A stretch of DNA of 64,000 bases from an uncultured Pelagibacteraceae bacterium (GTDB lineage Bacteria > Pseudomonadota > Alphaproteobacteria > Pelagibacterales > Pelagibacteraceae), in assembly GCA_902610755.1 (NCBI GenBank), contig CACLWW010000005.1, forward strand, positions 194-64,193, written 5' to 3'. Every line of letters begins with the position of its first letter. Within the stretch, counting starts at the first letter, position 1. This document shows positions 10,115 to 19,336 of the stretch, one piece after another. The translations under genes were made by a program, and so were the position numbers. A model generated the notes under the pieces. That model saw nothing but the letters and a program-made list of their open reading frames with translations, had not been told where the DNA came from and made no database searches.

Positions 10115-10990
10115 TCAAGAAATAGTTTTTTTTTCCAGTTTAATAACATTGTAAAACTGTAGTAATACTGCGAATAATACAATTGACCCCCCAATTAAAA
10201 CAATAAATGGTGGATTTTCACTCACAAATAACCATGCCCAAAGAGGTCCAAGAATAGCTTCAGTGAGCATTATGATACCAACAATTGCCGAGGGCGTAGA
10301 TCTTGCTCCAATTGTTATAAAAATAAAACCAAAACCTAATTGAAAAAAACCTGCTAGAAAACCCAAAAATATATCATATGGAGAAATATTAATTTTACCT
10401 GCAACCAAATAACCAACAGACATTGCAACTATTCCAGCAATTAATTGTAACGGTATCATGTCTACATCAGGATATTTTCTAATAATAATAATTAAGATTG
10501 CAAATGATACTGGCATAATAAATGCTGCAATATTTCCAGACATTTGTCCTGGAGACAAAGATCCCCCAACCATTAAAATAATACCAGAGATAGCTAGTAT
10601 AATTGATAAAAGAGTTAATTTTGAAATTTTTTCTTTTAAAAATAAATATCCAAAGATTGCTAGAAAAATTGTTTGAGTTTGAATAATAAAATTAGCATTG
10701 GCTACTGTTGTATTATACATTGCAAAAACATAGCCACAAAACCCAGAGGACAAAACTATACCGCCAATAAGACCAGGGAAACCTGATTTCTTAAAAGCAT
10801 GAAAAACATCTTTTTTATAAGTAATGAGTAAAAAAATTGATACAACTAAAATAAAAAAAAGAGATCTCCAAAAAAGTATCTGCCATAATGTGGCGCCCTC
10901 AAAAGATTTTACAATCATTCCTCCAAAACTTAAACTAGTGGCACCAAAAAAAACTAATAGCGGGCCCGGTAATCTTGTTATTAAATTCAT
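10115..10990 (-). CDS. DMT/EamA family transporter
   Basis: About 10 TM segments, LFLKEKI and WLFVSENP EamA signatures; 4-bp overlap with pxpC. Confidence 0.85.
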   Translation of the reverse strand: MNLITRLPGPLLVFFGATSLSFGGMIVKSFEGATLWQILFWRSLFFILVVSIFLLITYKKDVFHAFKKSGFPGLIGGIVLSSGFCGYVFAMYNTTVANANFIIQTQTIFLAIFGYLFLKEKISKLTLLSIILAISGIILMVGGSLSPGQMSGNIAAFIMPVSFAILIIIIRKYPDVDMIPLQLIAGIVAMSVGYLVAGKINISPYDIFLGFLAGFFQLGFGFIFITIGARSTPSAIVGIIMLTEAILGPLWAWLFVSENPPFIVLIGGSIVLFAVLLQFYNVIKLEKKTIS

Positions 10991-11934
10991 CTTATTTTAT
11001 TAATTATATTCTTAGTTTCCATAGTATAAATTTTAAACAAATTTTCTGCCTCTGTAAGACTTATAATTTTGAATTTAATTTTTTCTCCAGGTGGGCATTG
11101 TACTAACTTGTCATAATCTGCACTTATCACAACAGCAATTTTTGGATAACCACCTATTGTTCCATGATCTGAAAGCATTACTATAGGGTCTCCGTCAGCT
11201 GGAACTTGTATTACTCCTTTTCCCAATCCTTCAGACTTGATGTTTGTTTTCTTTAAATTCTTAATTTTAGGTCCACTTAATCTCATTCCCATCCTGTCGG
11301 TAAGTTTTGAAACAATAAAATCTTTACTTGTGAAATCTTTGATTGAGTCTTCTGAGAAGTAATCAAAGTTTGTACCTTTAATCACTCTTATAAATTCTAT
11401 TTTTGAGTTTAAGTATTCTAAACTTTTTTCAATTGAGCTTTCAGAAGCATTTAAAATTATTGTTTGTCCAATTTCTATTTTTTTTCCGTCATTAGGACCT
11501 ACTTCAGCTCTAACAGTTGTCGAATAACTATTACAAAATTTATTAATCTGAAAACCACCTTTTACCGAAAGGTAGCCGTAGACTGACTTTTCAGTTGATA
11601 TAATATCAAGACAATCTTTATTATTTAAATTGTAAGTTCTATAACATTCACCTTTTATTTCAGAAGTGTCTTTTTTAATTATCTTAAAATTAACATTACC
11701 TGTGATTACAATAGAGGTTTGACTTCCAGAAAATTCGAGTAAGGGTCCTTGGTATGCAAACTCTAATACTGCATCATCCTCTTTATTGGTAATTAATGAG
11801 TTAGCAATTAGAAAATTCCTTTTGTCTATTGCTCCACTAAATGGAAGGCCTACATGATATAAGTTATCTCTTCCTAAATCTTGAAAAGTGGTATTTATAC
11901 CAGGTCTTAATACTTTAAAACTATTTTTGCTCAT
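10987..11934 (-). CDS. pxpC: 5-oxoprolinase subunit C (allophanate hydrolase subunit 2 family)
   Basis: TTFQDLGR, DRMGMRL, GVIQVPADGDPIV..DHGTIGGYPKIA. Confidence 0.88.
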   Translation of the reverse strand: MSKNSFKVLRPGINTTFQDLGRDNLYHVGLPFSGAIDKRNFLIANSLITNKEDDAVLEFAYQGPLLEFSGSQTSIVITGNVNFKIIKKDTSEIKGECYRTYNLNNKDCLDIISTEKSVYGYLSVKGGFQINKFCNSYSTTVRAEVGPNDGKKIEIGQTIILNASESSIEKSLEYLNSKIEFIRVIKGTNFDYFSEDSIKDFTSKDFIVSKLTDRMGMRLSGPKIKNLKKTNIKSEGLGKGVIQVPADGDPIVMLSDHGTIGGYPKIAVVISADYDKLVQCPPGEKIKFKIISLTEAENLFKIYTMETKNIINKIR

Positions 11935-12598
11935 TAAATTTTGAATATTCCTTTTTTGAAATTTCGAAGAACTCTACTTCATCACCTGGATCGATTAATG
12001 TTAATTTAGTCGGATCCTTAGTAAAAACTTTTTTAGGTGAGTTACCAATAATATTCCACCCACCTGGACTCTCAAAAGTATAGATATTACAGAATTGTTC
12101 CGTAATACCTACTGAGCCCTTAGGTACTTTAACCCTTGGAGTTTCAAGCCTATCTAATCTGATTTTTTCTTTAATATCACCAAGGAAGGGCATGCCAGCA
12201 ATAAATCCTGTCATATAACAAAAATATTTTTGAGATATTAACTGATTGACTATTTCTTTTTTTCCTAAGCCAACTTTTTTTTCAACCCTTTCTAGGTCAA
12301 GTGCAAACTCATCATCAAAACACACCGGTATCTTTACTTTTTTTGTTTTAGCTGACTCACAAGTTGAAATATCAAGATTTTCTACAGTATCTTTTATCTT
12401 TTTATAGTTGGTAAGTTCTAAATCAAAATAAATTATTAATTTATTATACGAAGGTGCAATGTTTTTTATGCCAGTAATATTTTTTTCTCTTATATCATTA
12501 AAATAATTTATTACTTTAAGATTAGTTTCTTTATTTACAGTATCGCCAAAATCACAATATAAAGCTGCGTCGCCAAGATTGTATATATTTTTGATCAT
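11921..12598 (-). CDS. pxpB: 5-oxoprolinase subunit B (KipI/AHS1 family)
   Basis: GFIAGMPFLG, RLETPRVKVPKGSVGI, SPGGWNIIG. Confidence 0.88.
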   Translation of the reverse strand: MIKNIYNLGDAALYCDFGDTVNKETNLKVINYFNDIREKNITGIKNIAPSYNKLIIYFDLELTNYKKIKDTVENLDISTCESAKTKKVKIPVCFDDEFALDLERVEKKVGLGKKEIVNQLISQKYFCYMTGFIAGMPFLGDIKEKIRLDRLETPRVKVPKGSVGITEQFCNIYTFESPGGWNIIGNSPKKVFTKDPTKLTLIDPGDEVEFFEISKKEYSKFNEQK

Positions 12599-12625
12599 GC
12601 CATGTTATACTTTAACTCATAAATT

Positions 12626-13399
12626 ATGGAAATTAATATTAATTGTGATTTAGGTGAAAAATCCAAACACCACTCTAATAAATATGATCCTGAACTATTA
12701 GGTATAGTCAATTCTGCAAATATTGCTTGTGGTTATCATGCGGGAGATGAAGATACTATGAGAGAAACTATAAAAATATCAAAAAAAAATGGTGTAAGTA
12801 TTGGAGCGCACCCATCATTTAATGACCCTGAAAATTTTGGACGAAAAAGAATTAATCTTTCTTCAACTGAAATAGAGAAACTTATTCAAGATCAATACAA
12901 TATACTTCAAGCCATTGCACAACAAAACAAAGTCAGTGTATCTCATATTAAACCACATGGTGCATTAAATAATATGGCGTGTGAGGATATTGAGTTGGCA
13001 ACCATTATTGCAAAAACAATTTATAAAATTAATAAAGATTTAATTTATTTAGTGCCAACAGGTTCAAAAATGGAGGTGTCTGCAAAAAAACTAGGAATGA
13101 AAGTAGCTTGTGAAATTTTTGCAGATAGAAATTACGAGGATGATGGAAACCTAGTCTCAAGAAAGAAAAATAACGCTTTAATAACAGATCCAGTTAAAGC
13201 GCAAGAACACGTTCTAAAGATGGTTAAAAACCAAGCGTTAAATTGTCTCTCTGGTAAACAAATTCCTTGTGAAATTGATTCAGTGTGTATACATGGTGAT
13301 AATCTTTCATCTTTAGATACAGCTTATAAGGTAAGAGAAAATTTAAAGAAAAATAATCTAAGTTTATTGCCGTTAGATGAATTAAGAAAGTTTAAATAA
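12626..13399 (+). CDS. pxpA: 5-oxoprolinase subunit A (LamB/YcsF)
   Basis: NCDLGE, SANIACGYHAGD, HIKPHGAL, FADRNY, CIHGD. Confidence 0.92.
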   Translation: MEININCDLGEKSKHHSNKYDPELLGIVNSANIACGYHAGDEDTMRETIKISKKNGVSIGAHPSFNDPENFGRKRINLSSTEIEKLIQDQYNILQAIAQQNKVSVSHIKPHGALNNMACEDIELATIIAKTIYKINKDLIYLVPTGSKMEVSAKKLGMKVACEIFADRNYEDDGNLVSRKKNNALITDPVKAQEHVLKMVKNQALNCLSGKQIPCEIDSVCIHGDNLSSLDTAYKVRENLKKNNLSLLPLDELRKFK

Positions 13400-13896
13400 T
13401 GCTTAAAAAATTTTTAACAGTTTTATTATTTGTTTTAACTACTTTTTCTGCTTATTCAGCGGGGGGTGGTGGAACAGGTGGTGGTGACAAAGAAAAGCCA
13501 GTGTCTCAATACGAAATAGCTGTAAAAATGATCAAAAAAGCAAAAAAATTTGAGAAGAAAAATAAGATTGATAAAGCGCAAAAACAATACAAAAAAGCAA
13601 TTGGATATTTACTAAAACATAATAAAAAATTTCCAGCAGACCCAGATACATTAAATTATTTGGGCTTCACGCATAGAAAAGTTGGTGATTACGAAAATGC
13701 AGAAATCTATTATTCGATGGGGCTTGAATTGGATCCTAAGCATGTAGGTATAAACGAATACATGGGGGAGTTATTTGTGGTCACTAATAGATTAGATGAA
13801 GCTAAAGAAAGACTTGCTGTTCTTAAAGATTGCAATTGCAAGGAGTACGATGAGCTTAAATTAGTGATTGAAGGTAAAAAAGAGTCTAAATACTAA
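13399..13896 (+). CDS. Exported TPR-repeat protein
   Basis: Signal peptide, Gly-rich linker, TPR (DTLNYLGFTHRKVGDYENAEIYY..LDPKHVGINEYMGE), C-terminal CxCxEY. Confidence 0.75.
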   Translation: MLKKFLTVLLFVLTTFSAYSAGGGGTGGGDKEKPVSQYEIAVKMIKKAKKFEKKNKIDKAQKQYKKAIGYLLKHNKKFPADPDTLNYLGFTHRKVGDYENAEIYYSMGLELDPKHVGINEYMGELFVVTNRLDEAKERLAVLKDCNCKEYDELKLVIEGKKESKY

Positions 13897-15203
13897 TTAA
13901 TATTTTGAATCATTTTCTCAGGAAGCCACAAAGCTATTTCAGGAAATATAATAATTATAACTGTTGCTAAAACCATTAAAAGAAAAAGTGGAAAAGCACT
14001 TTTTGCAATATATCCCATATCTTTTTCTGCCATCCCCTGTAAGACAAACAAATTAAATCCGACTGGAGGAGTTATTTGTGCCATTTCAACTACAACAACT
14101 AAGAATATACCGAACCAAATCATATCAAAACCAGCTTGTCTAATCATTGGCTCAATTATTGCCATTGTTAAAACCACTGCAGATATTCCGTCTAGAAACA
14201 TTCCAAGAATTATGTAAAAAATCATCAATACCATAATTAGTATGTAAGGCGAGAGCTCCATTTTATCTATCCAAATTGCTAAATTTCTCGGTAATCCAGT
14301 AAAACCCATGGCTAGTGAAAGAAAAGTTGATCCAGCAAGAATAAATCCGATCATACAAGAGGTTTTGGTTGCTCCTAACAAAGATTTTTTAAAAGAGTCC
14401 ATAGTTAAACTTTTTTGAAAAAAAGATAATATTAATGCTCCAACTACTCCTAGTGAAGCCGCTTCTGTTGCGGTGGCCACACCTGAATAGATAGATCCTA
14501 TTACAGATATAATTAACAATATAACTGGAATTAGTTTGCCTGATCTTTTAATTTTTTCAAAAAAAGGTATTTCTTCCTTCAAAACAGGCATCTGATTTCT
14601 ATTCATCAAAGACCAAATAACAACGTAAGTCATAAAAATAATAGCAATCATTATCCCGGGAAAAATTCCAGCAATAAAAAGTTTAGCAATAGACTCTTGA
14701 ACTGTAACACCATAAATTATTAAAATTATAGATGGTGGTATCAACAATCCTAAAGTTCCGGACCCAGCTAAACTTCCAAGTAATATTTTTTCCGGGTAAT
14801 TTCTTTTACGAAGTTCCGGTATGGACATTTTACCTACTGTTGCAACTGTTGCAGCAGAGGAACCTGAAATGGCTGCAAAAATCGCACAGCCAACAACATT
14901 TACATGAATAAGTCCTCCAGGAAGTTTTTGCATCCACGGAGAAAGTCCTTCAAAAAGATTTTCAGATAATTTAGTTCTAAATAATATTTCACCCATCCAA
15001 ACAAATAATGGAAGTGCGGTAAGTGTCCAAGAAGATGACATTCCCCAAATTGTTGTTGCCATTGCATCACCAACTGGTCTTGACGTAAACAATTCCATTG
15101 CAATAGCTGAGACACCAACCATACTTAAAGCAACCCATACACCGCTACTTAAAAATAGTAATAAAACAGTAATAAAAAAAATTGCTAATATAATTTCAGT
15201 CAT
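13893..15203 (-). CDS. dctM: TRAP transporter large permease
   Basis: FAAISGSSAATVA, GTLGLLIPPS, TATEAA, ITPPVGFNLFV. Confidence 0.93.
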   Translation of the reverse strand: MTEIILAIFFITVLLLFLSSGVWVALSMVGVSAIAMELFTSRPVGDAMATTIWGMSSSWTLTALPLFVWMGEILFRTKLSENLFEGLSPWMQKLPGGLIHVNVVGCAIFAAISGSSAATVATVGKMSIPELRKRNYPEKILLGSLAGSGTLGLLIPPSIILIIYGVTVQESIAKLFIAGIFPGIMIAIIFMTYVVIWSLMNRNQMPVLKEEIPFFEKIKRSGKLIPVILLIISVIGSIYSGVATATEAASLGVVGALILSFFQKSLTMDSFKKSLLGATKTSCMIGFILAGSTFLSLAMGFTGLPRNLAIWIDKMELSPYILIMVLMIFYIILGMFLDGISAVVLTMAIIEPMIRQAGFDMIWFGIFLVVVVEMAQITPPVGFNLFVLQGMAEKDMGYIAKSAFPLFLLMVLATVIIIIFPEIALWLPEKMIQNIN

Positions 15204-15676
15204 TTCAGTGCTTTAAATAGATGGTGTAAAATACAAATAAAAAAGATTAAAGATCCCAAAGCTAAACTTGTCTGGGGTATCCAAATTAAAATTTCATCAG
15301 CACCTTCGCTTCTCTCCTGAAACTTATAAGAAACAAATAACATCTTGCTGAAATAGAAAAAAAGGAATCCTGAAAAAATAGACGAAATTGATAAACACCA
15401 TAGTTCAAATATTCTTTTTAATCGACCGCCCATTTTTTCTAGAAATAAAGTAATTCTTATGTGGCCGCCCTCTGAAAATGTATAAGCAAGTGCAAAAAAG
15501 GTTGAGGCAGCCATACAATATCCTGAGTACTCTGACAAACCTCTTATGTAAAAATCAAAAATTCTAGAAGATATTCCAATTAAAATAAAAACTGCAACAA
15601 GTATGAGAAATATAGCTGCTAATATACCTGAAAATTTATAAATTCGATTAAGGAAGTTTTCTATTTTGATTAACAT
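15200..15676 (-). CDS. dctQ: TRAP transporter small permease
   Basis: 4 TM segments, GGHIRITL, located between dctP and dctM. Confidence 0.9.
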   Translation of the reverse strand: MLIKIENFLNRIYKFSGILAAIFLILVAVFILIGISSRIFDFYIRGLSEYSGYCMAASTFFALAYTFSEGGHIRITLFLEKMGGRLKRIFELWCLSISSIFSGFLFFYFSKMLFVSYKFQERSEGADEILIWIPQTSLALGSLIFFICILHHLFKALK

Positions 15677-15682
15677 AATTTA

Positions 15683-15711
15683 AAAAGGCCATCTTTTATA
15701 GATGGCCTTTT
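15683..15711 (-). terminator. Intra-operon stem-loop between dctP and dctQ (terminator or mRNA-stabilising hairpin)
   Basis: AAAAGGCCATC-7nt-GATGGCCTTTT perfect 11-bp inverted repeat with T-runs on both strands. Confidence 0.75.
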
Positions 15712-15722
15712 ATTTTAAATTA

Positions 15723-16691
15723 TTAATATTTTGATAAAACAGTTTGTCCTCTTGAACCAGCTTTGCTAGCCCATTCTTTAGACATTGTTTGACCGACTTT
15801 TTCAAAATGAGATTTTAAAGCAGCGTTAACTTTACCAACATTCATGCCAGCATCAGCTAAAGCTTTTTTGTCATTTTTATTTCCCATTTTAGAAAGCTGC
15901 CAACCTTTTCTCTCAGCAACTGCTGCTTCTTTCATGATTAAATCTTGAGTCGCTTTATCTAACTTATTCCATGCCTCTTTATTAGCTATAATCATGTTTT
16001 TTGGAAACCATGCAGCAATGTCATAAAAATATTTTACTCCATTTTCCCAAATTTTTTTGTTCTTACCAGTTGTTGGAGAGGTAATCATACTTTCAACAGC
16101 TCCAGTTGAAAATGCTTGAGATATCTCAGCAGCTTCAATTTTAGTTGGAGCCATACCAGTTAATTCTGCAATTCTTACAGTAGCACTGTTATAAGCTCTA
16201 AACTTAAGACCTTTAAGATCTGCTACACTATTAATTTCTTTTTTAGAGTACAAACCTTGAGCTGGCCACGGAACTGCATATAAAAACACAAGTCCTTTTT
16301 TATCTAAACTTTTTGCAATTTCAGCTTTTGAAGCTTTATAAAGTTTCATAGCATCACCATACGAAGTTGCTAAAAATGGAAGTGAGTCGATTTCTAGTAA
16401 TGGATCTTCTTTACCTAAAGCTGACATAAATCTTTCTCCAATTGGAGCCTGACCAGTTCTAACAGCTCTAAAAATTTCTCCCCCTTTAAATAGAGAACCG
16501 CCCGGATGAGTAACTATAGTGAGTTTGCCTTTACTTTTTTTTGTTACATTATTTGCAAATTCAGTAGCGTTTGCTGAATGGAAGTTTCCGGCACCATAAG
16601 CTAGAGCCATATCCCATTTTTCAGCAGCATTTGAATGTGTAAATACAAGTAGGGCAACAAAAATTGATAAAATATATTTAAATATTTTCAT
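15723..16691 (-). CDS. dctP: TRAP substrate-binding protein, probably for pyroglutamate
   Basis: Signal peptide, HPGGSLFKGGEIFRAV, VPWPAQGLY, DLKGLKFR; strong GGAGGAG RBS; substrate inferred from adjacency to pxpABC. Confidence 0.88.
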   Translation of the reverse strand: MKIFKYILSIFVALLVFTHSNAAEKWDMALAYGAGNFHSANATEFANNVTKKSKGKLTIVTHPGGSLFKGGEIFRAVRTGQAPIGERFMSALGKEDPLLEIDSLPFLATSYGDAMKLYKASKAEIAKSLDKKGLVFLYAVPWPAQGLYSKKEINSVADLKGLKFRAYNSATVRIAELTGMAPTKIEAAEISQAFSTGAVESMITSPTTGKNKKIWENGVKYFYDIAAWFPKNMIIANKEAWNKLDKATQDLIMKEAAVAERKGWQLSKMGNKNDKKALADAGMNVGKVNAALKSHFEKVGQTMSKEWASKAGSRGQTVLSKY

Positions 16692-16806
16692 TTCTCCTCC
16701 TTATTTTATTAAACACCTATTTGATTATGTCTAAATCTTTAAATCAATAAAAATTTTCACTACTTTTAATTGAATTATACAAAAAATTTTATATTATTAA
16801 GGAATC

Positions 16807-17418
16807 TTGATTGAACAATCTATTATACTCTTACAAATTATCTTCATAGATATTATTCTTGCAGCGGACAACGCGATTATAATTGGACTAATAGCAGCTA
16901 ACTTTGTTCCTAAACACAGAAAACAAATTATATTGTGGGGTGTTGCAGGTGCTTTAGTTTTTAAAGTTATTTTTGCTGTATTTGCAACCTACTTGTTTAA
17001 ATTTTATTTTATCAAAATTTTAGGTGGTTTACTTTTAGTTTGGATCGTTAATGATTTAAGAAAAGATCTGTTTGAGATCAAAAAAATTAAATCTCCAACC
17101 AAGGTATCAAAACAGCCCTCATACATACAAAGTGTCTATAAAGTTCTTTTTGCGGATATAACAATCAGCTTCGATAACGTTATTGGGGTAGTTGGTGCTG
17201 CAAAAGGAAATTTTGGATTTATGGTTTTTGGTTTGGTTTTATCAGTCGTTTTGACAGGTGCTCTTGCGACTTACCTTGCAAACTACATTCAAAAACATCT
17301 ATGGATCGCTTATATAGGTTTGGCTTTTATTTTAATTGTAGCCATTCAATTAATAATTGGTGGTCTTGTTGATTTAGAAATACTGAAGGTAGCCGAAGAT
17401 TTTAAAAAGTATTTCTAA
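16807..17418 (+). CDS. TerC/YjbE family membrane protein
   Basis: DIILAADNAIII, ADITISFDNVIGV; TTG start after an AAGGA RBS. Confidence 0.85.
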   Translation: MIEQSIILLQIIFIDIILAADNAIIIGLIAANFVPKHRKQIILWGVAGALVFKVIFAVFATYLFKFYFIKILGGLLLVWIVNDLRKDLFEIKKIKSPTKVSKQPSYIQSVYKVLFADITISFDNVIGVVGAAKGNFGFMVFGLVLSVVLTGALATYLANYIQKHLWIAYIGLAFILIVAIQLIIGGLVDLEILKVAEDFKKYF

Positions 17419-18580
17419 TTTTTTTTTCAATAAATTCAGCTCTTAATATTGTAATCAATATAATTGCTATTAGAGGAATACAGATGATATTCATTAACTT
17501 CCAATTAGTCAAAACTAACAATATACCTGCTGATAAACTTCCTATTGCGTGTACTGAATAAACTACAAAATCGTTTAAACCTTGAGCTTTAAACTTTTCG
17601 TGCTCTTTGTAAGTTGTTACCAGAAGACTTGTCCCTGATATGAATAAAAAATTCCAGCCAAACCCAAGAAAAATCAGAGCAATTAAATAATTAAAAAAAG
17701 TTTGGTCAAGTAAACTTAAGACTATTGTTACACCATAAAGTAACAGGCCAACATACATAATTTTGCTATGTCCGAATTTCTTTATCAAATTTCCAGTTAT
17801 TAGGGATGGTAAAAACATTGATGCAACATGCATCTGAATAACAAAACTTGTCTTATCTAATGACATATTTTCCATTACATGCATGCTTATTGGAGTAGCA
17901 GTCATCAAAAAGGTCATTATTGCATATCCAAATGCACTTGCCACCATTGCTTGTAAAAATCTAGGTTGAGAAATAATTTCAAAATAGCCTCTACCAACAA
18001 AACTTATATCTTTTTTTTCGATTGTATTGTTTTTGTAAAATAAAAAGAGAATAGCTGGCAGAAACATATACACCGCAAGGGATACATATGAACCAACATA
18101 TAATTGTTCTGACAAAAAGTTTTTTGTTAAATTTGCTGTGCCTGGACCAATAAATGCAGAAACTATACCTCCTAAAAGAATTATTGAAATTGCTTTCGGT
18201 ATTTTCTCTTTATCAACACTTTCAGCTGCAGCAAATCGATATTGATGAGTAAAAGCCATACCAACCCCAATAAAAAAATTTGCAAAACAAAATAAAATAA
18301 AATTCTGTGACATAACTGAATATGCGGCTAATAACGAAACTAAAGAATTAGAAATAGCTGCAATAATAAAACCTGTCCTTCTTCCTAATAAACTCATTGT
18401 TTTGGTTGCAACTATTGCTCCCAGTGCGATACCAACAACAGATATTGACATTGGTAAAGTTGACAAAGATTTCAACGGGCTAATTTGTGATCCAATAATA
18501 CCACTTAGAAAAACTGTTACCGGCGCAGCTGTAAAGCTAAAAATTTGACTAAAAAAAAGTATGAATAAGTTTCTGTTCAT
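17402..18580 (-). CDS. MFS transporter
   Basis: 12 TM segments, LGRR, YRFAAAE, GFGWNFLFISGT, KAQGLND. Confidence 0.87.
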   Translation of the reverse strand: MNRNLFILFFSQIFSFTAAPVTVFLSGIIGSQISPLKSLSTLPMSISVVGIALGAIVATKTMSLLGRRTGFIIAAISNSLVSLLAAYSVMSQNFILFCFANFFIGVGMAFTHQYRFAAAESVDKEKIPKAISIILLGGIVSAFIGPGTANLTKNFLSEQLYVGSYVSLAVYMFLPAILFLFYKNNTIEKKDISFVGRGYFEIISQPRFLQAMVASAFGYAIMTFLMTATPISMHVMENMSLDKTSFVIQMHVASMFLPSLITGNLIKKFGHSKIMYVGLLLYGVTIVLSLLDQTFFNYLIALIFLGFGWNFLFISGTSLLVTTYKEHEKFKAQGLNDFVVYSVHAIGSLSAGILLVLTNWKLMNIICIPLIAIILITILRAEFIEKKIRNTF

Positions 18581-18639
18581 TAGTTAGATCCTTATTAAAA
18601 GAATTAACTTGTCAAACGTATTTCATTTGAAAAAGAACT

Positions 18640-19335
18640 TCAAACTTTTTCGTATTCAAAGTTTTGGGTGGTCTCGTTAACTTGTATTTGAACAGCTCCA
18701 TTACTTAAATGAAACTTTCGAGCCATTTCTGTGAGTGGTGATAAAGTAATTAGCCGATTTAAATGATGTGTTTTTTTAATTAATTTGAATACCTCTTTTA
18801 CGATTAATTTACCTCCACCTCTTTTTTTTGACCATACTGTATATGCAATTGCTATTTTTCCTACTTGATAGTCTCTACGGATACTTTGAAGAAAAGCATC
18901 TTTGCTCATCATATCTAATTCTTCAACACTTTTTGGTATTTCATTAGTAAAAGCAAAACACATTACAGCATGAATTTCACCTTTGTATTTTACTCCATAA
19001 ATTTTTCTACCATAACTAGTTCTAAATTTATTATCTAACTCAGGTCTAACAGGATCCTCGTTTGTATTACATTTTTTAAGCTCAATAATTTCAGCTCCTT
19101 TAATCCAGTCAAAAAGATTATCTATATTTTTTGAGATAATCTGTTTATTTCTTCTGATTCTAGCTTTAATCCTAGGTTTAAACGTTTTAGAACTTTTCGA
19201 ATTATCGTTTTTTGTATATTTAGAAACTAATTGTTCTTTTACAGTTTGAAGAACTTCCTTAGTGTTTTTTGTGGCACTATTTTTAATATATTTGGAAACT
19301 AATTTTTGCTTAACATTTTTAAAAATTTGTCTCAT
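18640..19335 (-). CDS. Hypothetical protein with a GNAT/malonyl-CoA-decarboxylase-like C-terminal domain and a basic repeated N-terminus
   Basis: 231-aa ORF 1 bp after proC; motifs DPVRPE, AIAYTVWS, TLSP, FHLSNGA. Confidence 0.6.
   Translation of the reverse strand: MRQIFKNVKQKLVSKYIKNSATKNTKEVLQTVKEQLVSKYTKNDNSKSSKTFKPRIKARIRRNKQIISKNIDNLFDWIKGAEIIELKKCNTNEDPVRPELDNKFRTSYGRKIYGVKYKGEIHAVMCFAFTNEIPKSVEELDMMSKDAFLQSIRRDYQVGKIAIAYTVWSKKRGGGKLIVKEVFKLIKKTHHLNRLITLSPLTEMARKFHLSNGAVQIQVNETTQNFEYEKV
19186..19326 (-). repeat. Degenerate 72-bp (24-aa) tandem duplication inside the CDS
   Basis: VKQKLVSKYIKN versus VKEQLVSKYTKN, 24 residues apart. Confidence 0.7.
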
Positions 19336-19336
19336 A

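Noticed and set aside
10987-13399. Urea carboxylase/allophanate hydrolase system
   Set aside because: No biotin carboxylase or amidase gene nearby; presence of LamB/YcsF identifies PxpABC
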